Shown piece by piece: positions 49,221 to 59,700 of a DNA stretch of 64,000 bases. The number at the start of each line of letters is the position of its first letter. Within the stretch, counting starts at the first letter, position 1. Origin of the DNA: a virus; IMG/VR virus record IMGVR_UViG_3300022555_003222, positions 1 through 64,000 of that record; one strand, given 5' to 3'. A program made the translations under genes and the position numbers. The notes below the pieces were generated by a model that worked only from the letters and a program-made list of their open reading frames with translations, had not been told where the DNA came from and did no database searches.

Positions 49221-51263
49221 TTACGTATTGGGATTATGTATAAATGGTTGTAACGCCCACACGGGTGCCGTTTGACTTTTTTGAGATGCGGATGCAATTA
49301 CTCTATCGCTAATTGTAATTCCCCAAGGCGTATAGACCAATATGGGGAATGCGCACGGTCCTAAATCTCCACTGTTCATTGATGGACAATCTTTACCAGC
49401 TAGTAAGTAAATCATTTCATCAGCTAAAAACATGTGCGTTCTAGCCTTATTGAAGTATATACCTTTCGTTACTTCCATATAATCTTTGGTGACTACGGTA
49501 ATTTTATTGGCCACCAAACCCTTGTCTTCATCACCAACTACTGTATAATGATGCCTACATGTAGAACAAATATAATTACCACCTACTCGTAAAAACACTA
49601 AAGCATTATCCGGCGTGGCTCTTTCTTGAAATCGCATTAAATGTGGACCACATGGATTGGTGTATTGAGGACAAAAGATCTGTAATGATTGTTGTTGCGT
49701 CTCTTGTTTTTGAGTAGCATTATCATCCATCATAATTTCCATTCCGTAGCCAGAACGGATTTTTACATAGGCTTTTTTGGCCTGAGGAGTGGGTACGCCC
49801 CCGTCTTTTCTCTCAGATTGCTGTTCGTTATCCCAATCGCACAAGTCTATTGTATGATTGCTGGTGCTTTGCATGTGAATGCCACGATGCTCGCCAGCTA
49901 ATTTTCCAGCAGTGGTGTGATCATTTAATTCAATTTTGTTTCCGCATGCTGATAACAATTGAATCCAATTACCCACTTTTTTGTCTTGATACCCTCGAAT
50001 CTTTGATGGCTCTTCCCAGTCATTCATTTCAATTCGATGACCGGTAGTAGAAACCCAAGCGGTCTTTCCAAGAAATCTATTAGTACATCCAAAGTCAAAA
50101 GGCTGAAGACTTCTTTCCCAATTGGGAATGCCTTGTGGTTGTTCAACTGAATCGTCCATCCACAGCGTATGTCCGCTAATAGATAAAAATTGAATTCCCG
50201 TTTGTGGCAACTCACATTTGTTATTCTGAGGTGTGCCAGGACCATTATAAGGTCTCATTTCATTAGCATGCTTAAAGTATGGATTAGCTTTCTTTACCTT
50301 GCAACCAGCGTCACAAGACGTTTGTTCAACAGGTTGTTGTCCACTTGCATCCGTACATGGACATAATTCTACACCGGTGCCGCCCCCTCCTCCCGAAGAT
50401 GGATTTGCCCATTGTGGAGTAGGATGCATGTGATCGTCTTTGAAGATTAGATGATTGCCACAACCACTTTGTATTTCTAATCGCTTCCATCTACGATTAC
50501 ACTTGGGATTGCCATCCACCATCTTCAACATATGCTTTTCTACAGTTTTGAATCCATAAATATGTGGATAACATATCTTTTTAGATGCTTCCGAATCATC
50601 ATCTAAATCTTTTATTGAAGTGAGATCAAATCCATTGTATGATTCTGTATTCCAGGGAGGAAATACCTGTGATTCATCATTGGGACCAACCAAATATCCT
50701 TTTCTATGGCCTTCATGTATTTTGTAATATTCTTCAATGGGATAATCCCACGTATGTTCTCCTGTGGGGCCACGATCTCGATGCCAAGTAGTACCATGAT
50801 AATAAGGTGTAGATCGGCTTCCACGTTCAAAGCTAATAAGCAAAGTCGATCCAGCAGGGGGCACCCAATTTAATCCATTATCATCAAATCCTCCCATTGA
50901 TGAAATGGGATAGGCCCACTCTAATTGTTTAACCTGTGTATCTGGTTTGTTCAATAGCGGACTATAAAATCTAACACGACCCTGTTTCCATATATCCAAT
51001 GTATCAATGCAAAGAGCGGTATACACCCCAAAGAAAGTCTCTGATTGCGCTTGCACTTTCCATCTCTTCTTCACTTCTGTTTGGGCCACTTGTTTCATAT
51101 CAAAGCCCATTTCATAAAACCGGTCTTCAACTGCTTTTAATCTGGCATCAAGACCTTGTACCCAATCAATAATGCTAGCGCTAGATCCACCACCACCTCT
51201 AGCTCTATTGGCTCGACTGGCTGCGGCTCTTGCAATTCCATGTGCATTTGATCCTATTGGCAT
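49221..51263 (-). CDS. Baseplate spike (gp5/VgrG OB-fold plus beta-helix)
   Basis: GRVRF...WAYP...VPPAGS...FERG OB-fold; repeated S-G-H-x-I-E-x-x-D units; no lysozyme motif seen. Confidence 0.82.
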   Translation of the reverse strand: MPIGSNAHGIARAAASRANRARGGGGSSASIIDWVQGLDARLKAVEDRFYEMGFDMKQVAQTEVKKRWKVQAQSETFFGVYTALCIDTLDIWKQGRVRFYSPLLNKPDTQVKQLEWAYPISSMGGFDDNGLNWVPPAGSTLLISFERGSRSTPYYHGTTWHRDRGPTGEHTWDYPIEEYYKIHEGHRKGYLVGPNDESQVFPPWNTESYNGFDLTSIKDLDDDSEASKKICYPHIYGFKTVEKHMLKMVDGNPKCNRRWKRLEIQSGCGNHLIFKDDHMHPTPQWANPSSGGGGGTGVELCPCTDASGQQPVEQTSCDAGCKVKKANPYFKHANEMRPYNGPGTPQNNKCELPQTGIQFLSISGHTLWMDDSVEQPQGIPNWERSLQPFDFGCTNRFLGKTAWVSTTGHRIEMNDWEEPSKIRGYQDKKVGNWIQLLSACGNKIELNDHTTAGKLAGEHRGIHMQSTSNHTIDLCDWDNEQQSERKDGGVPTPQAKKAYVKIRSGYGMEIMMDDNATQKQETQQQSLQIFCPQYTNPCGPHLMRFQERATPDNALVFLRVGGNYICSTCRHHYTVVGDEDKGLVANKITVVTKDYMEVTKGIYFNKARTHMFLADEMIYLLAGKDCPSMNSGDLGPCAFPILVYTPWGITISDRVIASASQKSQTAPVWALQPFIHNPNT

Positions 51264-51278
51264 TATTGTTTCCTCTTA

Positions 51279-52853
51279 TTAACAAGTTGCATTTGGTGGG
51301 TTCCACGCTAAATCGTCTGCACCCAAAGGTCGGCCTGGAGCCAAGTCCAAACCAGGAACGGCTAGTTTCAACTTTAATGTAGTGATGTATGATCCCTCTT
51401 TAATCTGATGATTTACACCCATAATTTGCCAAAACCGATTGCTTAGCACCTTATTGTATTTTGTATCTGCTAAAACTTTCCAGTCATCACATCTTTCTAT
51501 GTTGTTTTCATCACTCCCGCCAAGAGAAAATGGATTAATGACCACTACTGTGGCATATGTGCCAAAGATTTTTGTTACATCCACGTATTCTACATTGGGG
51601 TTACCTTGAATTCTTAGCTCTGCTTCTATAGGCTGAATACCCTCTCGTTGATTATTAGCCTCTCGATGTGACATTTCTGATTTTTCTGATTCTTTTGATG
51701 TTTTTTTTGGCCCATGAATTTCTAAACTTTGTCTGGTGTGTTCTACGCTTCGCATAACACCCGTATTCTGTGTTTGAAATTTACAACCATTTGGTCGAAC
51801 GTTTTTAGCCTTTACACCTCCAGCATTAGCAGCACCTCCAGCATTTCCACCTGTACCAAGTGAAGCAAAAGCTGTAAACCAATTGATGTTCGGAGAAAAG
51901 CTTATAACATTAGAACATTTCCCTCCATTAACAACAAATGTGCCAATAACAGAAGCTTTACCACAAGAAGGCGTACCATGACAATCTATGCCAACATGCT
52001 CCCACATAATACAGGTGGGATCGGTGGCCGTATTATCCCAAGTGAGCACCAATCCTTTATCTTTATCTGTACGGAATGGTTGTACCCATCTAGTCATTGA
52101 TCCTAGTTTATTTTGATTATCAGTTGTCCAAGCATGTTTGGGTTCTGGAGATTTCCATTTCCATTCTCCATTTGTTTGACCATTTTCTTTTCTTTTGTAG
52201 ATGATGTTCATTTTAGGTTCATTGTCTTTCATCATCTTTTTCATGGCTTGTTTCAATTCCAGCTTGTGATTTTCTGCTCCATAAGCCTTATCTTCACGAC
52301 CAACAAATGATACTTGACCTAAATCCAATGCAGTAATGTTATATTTGATTACACCTTGATTAAAACTTACTTCCATATTGCCAATGGCAAAAGTTACAAT
52401 GGGAGACGACTCTACATTCCAGCTTCCATTGCAATTGGTGACTACCCAACCCCACTGACACTGCATGACATACTCTTTAGACACATTTTCCATACACTTG
52501 ATGAGCTTGTCGGCAAATTGCGTAAACGCTCCGCCTTCTTCATCTATTATTTCTACTTTACCTTTGTGACCATCGGTAAATCCATATTCAAAACTTTTAA
52601 TAGCGGCTCGATGTTTAACTGGCATTCCAGGAGCGGATTTGTTACCAACAGTAATCAATGCATTTAGAGTTCCTCCAGACTGTTTTCCAAACGCAACCTT
52701 AACCCACGGAGAAATATTATCACCATGAATGGGCTTGACTACATCGCCGCCAGTGCATTGTGTAAATGGAGCAATAACGCCAGATGTGCAATGATTGTCT
52801 AATTGCGTTCCTGTCGGTCTAACACTACCAAAATCTCTATCCCAAGGATTCAT
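51279..52853 (-). CDS. Baseplate hub protein (gp27-like)
   Basis: Between gp53 and the spike gene; AELRIQGNP and WQIMGVNHQI..GSYITTLKL. Confidence 0.7.
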   Translation of the reverse strand: MNPWDRDFGSVRPTGTQLDNHCTSGVIAPFTQCTGGDVVKPIHGDNISPWVKVAFGKQSGGTLNALITVGNKSAPGMPVKHRAAIKSFEYGFTDGHKGKVEIIDEEGGAFTQFADKLIKCMENVSKEYVMQCQWGWVVTNCNGSWNVESSPIVTFAIGNMEVSFNQGVIKYNITALDLGQVSFVGREDKAYGAENHKLELKQAMKKMMKDNEPKMNIIYKRKENGQTNGEWKWKSPEPKHAWTTDNQNKLGSMTRWVQPFRTDKDKGLVLTWDNTATDPTCIMWEHVGIDCHGTPSCGKASVIGTFVVNGGKCSNVISFSPNINWFTAFASLGTGGNAGGAANAGGVKAKNVRPNGCKFQTQNTGVMRSVEHTRQSLEIHGPKKTSKESEKSEMSHREANNQREGIQPIEAELRIQGNPNVEYVDVTKIFGTYATVVVINPFSLGGSDENNIERCDDWKVLADTKYNKVLSNRFWQIMGVNHQIKEGSYITTLKLKLAVPGLDLAPGRPLGADDLAWNPPNATC

Positions 52854-52862
52854 TGTTGCTCC

Positions 52863-53195
52863 TTATATTCCATATACATTTGAAGGCAGTCTGATATTCA
52901 CCCCTGACTTGAATTGAAAAATATCTGTCATACCATTCATTTCTAAAATTCTCCACCAAAAATCCACACTTCCATACATTTCTTTAGACACAAGATCAGG
53001 TCTATATTCTAATCCTCCAGGAATGACCATAAACATGTCATTTTCACTGGGAATAATGGATTTGCGTCTATAGGTTGGGAATGTTATTTTATGCAGACTT
53101 CCATAATATATTATTGCAGAATTTGCATATCGACTAGACCCAGATACATATCCATCAATAGGTCTAATGTTAGTTGTAATAATTTGATTTGCCAT
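52863..53195 (-). CDS. Baseplate gp53-like LysM protein
   Basis: YRPDLVSKEMYG...WWRILEMNG...IRLP. Confidence 0.85.
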   Translation of the reverse strand: MANQIITTNIRPIDGYVSGSSRYANSAIIYYGSLHKITFPTYRRKSIIPSENDMFMVIPGGLEYRPDLVSKEMYGSVDFWWRILEMNGMTDIFQFKSGVNIRLPSNVYGI

Positions 53196-53729
53196 TTATT
53201 TACCCCACGCCATAATTCTTTCTTGTCCTGGTAATGCTGCACTGCTGTAAACCACTTCCCAAGTAGTGTCTATATCAAACTTCCAAGGCGTGTAATCTGT
53301 GTCATCCCAAGTAACATCTGTGGGAAACTTCACAGAATACTGTTTCAATACAACGCACAAAGGAGTCGCTCCCAATAATTTACCGCACTTAATTTGACAC
53401 ACGGGAGGTGGGGCAAAAGGCGTTCCCATAGCTCCATCTTTTGGATAGGTGCAACTTTCTATTGCTCGTAAATATGCTAAATTTGTAGCTACATCATCTG
53501 GTTTAGTAACATACAAATGCACTTGCATGCTGATACTTCTATTATCAGAGTGAGAGTATGTTTTTAGAGGAAATGATCTTCCAATAATTGGTTCATCGTT
53601 ATACGCCGCTGATTTACTATCCGAAATGTCTGGCAGCGCATATAGAAGAATTGGCCCAAAAGTGGGTATGTATATCCAACAATCACGAATTACGGTTAAA
53701 GCTCCACCTTGAAGGGTTGCCTTGGGCAT
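53196..53729 (-). CDS. Tail tube initiator (gp48/gp54- or CIS-tube-like)
   Basis: ISDSKSAAY...IIGRS, YP, PPPVCQIKCG. Confidence 0.72.
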   Translation of the reverse strand: MPKATLQGGALTVIRDCWIYIPTFGPILLYALPDISDSKSAAYNDEPIIGRSFPLKTYSHSDNRSISMQVHLYVTKPDDVATNLAYLRAIESCTYPKDGAMGTPFAPPPVCQIKCGKLLGATPLCVVLKQYSVKFPTDVTWDDTDYTPWKFDIDTTWEVVYSSAALPGQERIMAWGK

Positions 53730-53796
53730 AATAATCCTACCTTGTACTAAAGGTTCTATTCTTATATAGTTAACGCTGCGTGCATTACCCTATACA

Positions 53797-56700
53797 TTAT
53801 GAAGTGCCATCGTTCAATACTTGGCTATTAGCATTGCCGCCGTGGCGACCAAATTGCCATTTACCATAGTCGGTTGATCCGAAAGAAGATGTCTGAGGGG
53901 CCGTACTTCCGGCAAGGGGTGTCGGAGAAGCACCAGACATGCTTCCTAAATTAGGTGTGAGTAATCTTTTAATATCTTGTAAAGTTTCGTGAATATCTCC
54001 TAAATGTTCCACTTGTTTGTTGGTGGCATTATCGATAGACACTAATTCATCACTTTTTATTTGTTGTGTGCCCGCTTCCGCACCCGCCTGTTGTTGGCCC
54101 ATTCTATCATAAGCATCGCTTAGAGGTGATGATTGAATTCCACCTGCACGTGCTGCGGGAATTGTCATCGCCGCTTTATTAGCAGCAGCTTCGGCCATCG
54201 AAGCGGTTTTTGTTTCCAAATCTGGAATATTGTTTCCTGGAGTGACAGTTACTCGCTCTAAGCCTTTTTCTCCAACTGTTAGTGGTGTTGCTTGTTTGGC
54301 AACAAAACTGCCACCCTTGGCCATTCCCCAACGAGTCTTTTGCCCCCATCCGCCGCCACCACTACCACCTCCACCGCCACCGCCACCGCCACCGCCATAT
54401 TCGGCAGGAGTGTCATTGCCACTAAATTGTAATGCATCTCTAAAGCTTACTTTATCTTTTTCTCTTTGTGCTAAAGTGGCTTCCGATTCTTGCAAATCGC
54501 TCTTATAAGTTGGTATATTATTAGTAGAAGTCGCATTGTTTACCCCAGTTGCTTTGCTATTACTCCAACTGCTGGGTTTTCCCCAACCACTTCCAGCTTG
54601 CCCAGTTTGTCCCCATCCACCTTTACCAGCCGATGCAGCCGCTTCACCTGCTGCACCACCTGCTGCGGCTGCTGCCTCCACTCCACTCACTTTGTTCTTC
54701 GCTCGCTCCAGACTGGATTTAACATCGTCTACAGATTTATCAATACCACCATTAAACTCTTCCAAAGACGATTGCAATGCCTCTGTAGCCCCAGACATGT
54801 TATCCCCTACTACGCCTTCCGTTTGTTTCGCACTCTTATTTACATCTTGCGCTTGGGCCTGTACGCCTTTTTTGTAAAGCGAGTCTTTTATTTTATCTCC
54901 AGTTGTTTCCGTCTTTTTTCTGGCATCGTCAATCGATGCTTGCGCTTTTTCGGCTGATGATGGATTTAATAATCCCTTCCCTATATCTGCACCACTGGCA
55001 CCGCCACCAAACCCAAATAATCCAGTTATAGTTGACCAAAAACCTCCATCCGCAAGATTCATTGCTCTTTTACTCTTAAAGCCTTTGGCTGCATCTCCCA
55101 TTGCCTGTAATGCAGCACTCATACTCAACATGGCATCTGCAACCGCCGATAATTTGTTGGCGGCATCACGCATTTTATTCGTTTCTGGTAATTTATCAAC
55201 TTCTTCCAAGATAGAGGAATTGATGAAGTTTGCCAATTGACCGAATCCCGTTTTAATCGGTTCGGTCATCTTTTCCAAAGTAGTAAAGGGGGACTCTCGC
55301 CAGAAATTATACCATGCTGGTTCTTCAACTAATGGACCTAATTGTTTTGAAGTGGCATCTAATGCAGCCGACATACTGATAGCCATCGTTGCTACATCCT
55401 CCATGACTTGAGCAGCAGTTTTTACATCATTTGTGTTTGGGAAATTCTTAATTAACATGGCAATAATACTGTCGCCTTTACCATCTACTGGACTTCCCAA
55501 AAATGCGAAGATCTTAGACAGCCCCTCTCGCATGGTACTCATCGTTTTGTCATTCAACTGATCAAACATCGACGGTGTACTAAAAAACAATATTCCAGAT
55601 GATTGAGTTAATGGTATCAATGATTTAGCGGTTACATCAAGCGCTGTCGCTATGCCCGATGCCATCATTGCTACATCTTCCATAACTTGTCCAGCAGTTT
55701 TCACATCGCTTGTGTTTGGGAAATTCTTAATTAACATGGCAATAATACTGTCGCCTTTACCATCTACTGGACTTCCCAAAAATGCAAATACTCTAGATAG
55801 CCCATCCTTCATAATGGTTATCGTTTTTTCATTTAATTGATCAAATGTCGATGGCTTGCTAAAAAACAATATTCCAGATGATTTAGTTAGTGGTATCAAT
55901 GACTTAGCAGTTACATCAAGTGCTGTCGCTATGCCCGATGCCATCATTGCTACATCTTGCATAACTTGTCCAGCAGTTTTCACATCACTTGTGTTTGGGA
56001 AATTCTTGATTAACATGGCAATAATACTATCGCCTTTACCATCTACTGGACTTCCCAAAAACGCAAATACTCTAGACAACCCATCCTTCATATTATCTAT
56101 TGCCTTTTGATTCAATTGATCAAATGTCGATGGCGTACTAAAAAACAATATTCCAGATGATTGAGTTAATGGTATTAATGCTTTAGCAGTTACATCGAGT
56201 GCTTGTCCTATGGCTGCTGCCATTACCGCCACATCCTGCAATACTTGTCCAGCAGTTTTCACATCACTTGTGTTTGGGAAGTTTTCTATTAACATAGGAA
56301 TAATACTTCTATCCCCGGTTTCTCCCAAAAAGTCAAATAAAACAGATAATCCGTCGTATATCCCACCGCTCGCATCTTGTAATACCTGTAACGGAGATCG
56401 TGTATCCCAGAACTTCCAATAATTGGCTGCAACCATAGGCACTAAAACTTGCGTCATGGTTCCTATGGTGTTCCCCAAAGCCTCTACCATTGTGCTAATG
56501 TCTTGCATAACTTGTGTTGCTGTTTTCAATACATTAGGATTAGGAATGTTGGATCTCAATACCGATACAACCATCATGGCGATTCCTGCCGCCAATGCGG
56601 CAATTTTTGGACCAATAAACATCAGTGCTGCCGCCCCCAACAGCATGAGCCCGCCCAGTATAAGTCCTTGTGGTCCGATCAACATATAAGTGGCCGCTCC

Positions 56701-59700
56701 TGCTCCCAAGAATACCGCCGCTGCTTTACCTATTGATTGCATTATTTCATATGCACTATTTAAGATGGTTTCCACATCTTCGGCTGCTGCCTTGGCTGTT
56801 GCGCCATCAATTCCTATTGATCTCATCACGTCCATGCAGAATTTAACAACGGAGCCTGCCAAATACGCCATTACCGGTGCCATTACCATTAATGCTACGG
56901 CTCCCAAACTCATTAATTTTAATAGGATTAATCCTTGTGGGCCAACACATAAGGCCATAGCCACACCCAAAGCTAAAAACATAGCCGCTGATTTTGCGGT
57001 ACTTGACAAAATACTTGCTGCACTACCGAGAATTCCGCTAACTTCATCTGCAACTTGGGAAGCAGTTCCAGCATCTATTCCAATTGATCCCATTACTTCA
57101 TTACAAAAATTAACCACTGATGCAGATAACCCAGCCATTACTGGAGCTAACACCATCAATGCTACGGCTCCTAAACTCATTAACCTTAATAGAATAAGCC
57201 CTTGTGGTCCAATACATAAAGCCATAGCGACACCTAAAGCTAAGAACATAGCCGCTGATTTTGCAGTAGTCCATAAAATACTTGCTGCGCTACCAAGGAT
57301 GTTACTTACCTCATCTGCCACAGAAGCGGCCATTGAAGCATCGACACCAATTGCTCCCATCACCCAATCACAGAATTTAACCACTGATGTAGCTAACAAT
57401 ACCATCACTGGAGCTAAAACAAGTAAAGCTGCGGCACCAGCAGCCATTAATCCAAGAAAAACCCATCCTTGTGGACCCCACAACATAGATGCAACTGTAC
57501 CGACGCCAACTAAAACTAATGCAGCTAAAGCTGTAGCCACAAGAATCTTTCCTGCTGACATAAGTATTCCAGCCACATTGCTCGCTACTTCTTCCGCTTT
57601 TCCAGCATCAATTCCCATAACACCTAGCATGGCATCAATAAAACCAATAAGCCCAGCCGCAAACAATACCATGACAGGTGCTAAGACCGCCATGACTATT
57701 GCTCCTTTAATCATATCTGGTATTGCTTTCTTAATAGCGTCTACGTTCTTACCCACTTCTTTCATGGCTAATGCGGCAGCACCAGCGGCAGTAATGATTA
57801 ATGCTGCGCCCACTAGTATAGCCCCAATGGTTTTAGTGGTTTCTATGACTTGCCCTGAATCTATTCCCAAAGCACCCACTATCTTTACTAATATTAACAT
57901 TGCGGCACCAACAACAGCAACCGCCGCAGCTATCTTTAACATGCTTGGTCCCATCTTGGCCATATCTTTCATGGATGGAATTTCTGGAACCTTGGGCTCC
58001 GCTATAGCGCCTCCGCCTGCACCTGGAGTGGGTGCTTCTGCTGCCTCCATCGTTTTTGGTAATATCTTGGTCTTGAGTTTGGTAAGACTCTCTTTGAACA
58101 TTCCCAACATGCCTTTTTTATCATTCATGTTGGTAAACTTAGATTTTAATTTCTTAAACCCCGCTACAACTGAACTTCGTATTCCTTCTCCGATATCTCC
58201 CGGACCCGCTTTGGCAAAATCAAATGTCCCTTGCGTCTTTTCAGCGGCACCTGCTGCGACTCCACCTTTTTCAGCGGCACCTGCTCCTCCAAACATTTTA
58301 CTCCATCTATCTTTGAAACCTTTAGCAGCCTTGCCTAAAACTCCATCTTTATTGGTCATATCACCAAAACGTTTTTTGAATCCCTGTGTAGCTTTGCCCA
58401 ACATGCCATCCTTGCTAGTCATGTCATTAAATCGATCTTTGAATCCTTGTGCGGCTTTGCCCAACATGCCATCCTTGCTAGTCATGTCATTAAATCGATC
58501 TTTGAATCCTTGTGCGGCTTTACCTAGTATGCCATCCTTGCTAGTAATTTCATTAAATCTATCTCTAAATCCCTTTATCATTTTGCCAAATAGAGTATCA
58601 CCTTCTGCGGCTTTGCCTAATTTATCTCTCAGAGTATTGACCACACCAAGAGCAGTTGTTTTCGCTTCTCCTAAATATTTCTTTGCCATGTCCCCAGCGG
58701 CAGCCAAGCCGCCACCTGGACCTTTCTCCGCACCCATATCAAATAGCGTTAACTGCTTTTCTGCACCTGGACCACCTGCAACCTTTTCGCCTGGAGTTTT
58801 ACCGCCTTTAAGTTTATTAACTAGTCCTCCAATAAATCCTTTAATTCCACCGCTACCAGCAGGATCATCCATGCCTTTTACCCCATCTTCTTTGGCAAAA
58901 TGATCGCTAACAACTTTCATGCCCACTTCCATACTTCTAAGGACACTATAAGCGGATGCAAGTGTTGCACCTAAATATATCAATTTAAGTGCGAATCCAG
59001 CAAAGTATCGCACCATTGGCCCCGTGAATCCTCTAATAGATTCATTGATTAGATCTAATGTTTGCTCCATTTTAGACATTGGATCTAAAGATTTCTTTTG
59101 ATCAACATTAGCTTTACGAGATTCAGCATGCATTGCTTGAATTACCTCTCGCATTTTACCCATGTCTCCAGAAGATAAAGCCTTTTGAATGTCTTTGGTA
59201 AAATCCTTTCCACCAGCTTCTTTAATGGATTTAGCACTTAACATGGCAGCACCTTGCATGGCAGACATGTTACTTTTTAGATTGACGCCCATAGCTCCTA
59301 AATCAGAAGCCATATCTTTGTTCTTGGCAAATGTCTTATTGATGGCCTCATCCATGCTCTTAGCACCCTTGGCGGCTTCTTCAACGGCATTCAAAAATTC
59401 AAATCCCTTATCTTCAGCAAGTTTCTTTCCTTGCTTTTCCAAATTCAATCTTTCTTCTGCGGTTAGATTTTGTTCTTTAAGCTTTTTATTGATATCTGAG
59501 ATTCTTTCCGCATAGCCTTTAGAGCCATCGTCCAAAGACTTAATTAGGCGATCCACCTCTCCAGCCTGTAAACCAAAAGCAGATTGTAACCGCAAATTCA
59601 ATTGGGCTAATTCTTCTCCACCCAACTTAGAAGCGGCATCTTCTACCCAGCCCATTTGCGTCATAAGATTCTTCATGCCATCGGCCGTAGCTTTGATACC

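Noticed and set aside
43447-53729. Bacterial extracellular contractile injection system or T6SS locus
   Set aside because: Linked to capsid, portal, terminase and primase genes, so it is a phage baseplate.
56690-58903. 737-aa plus-strand ORF
   Set aside because: Antisense shadow of the tape measure gene; no recognisable features of its own.
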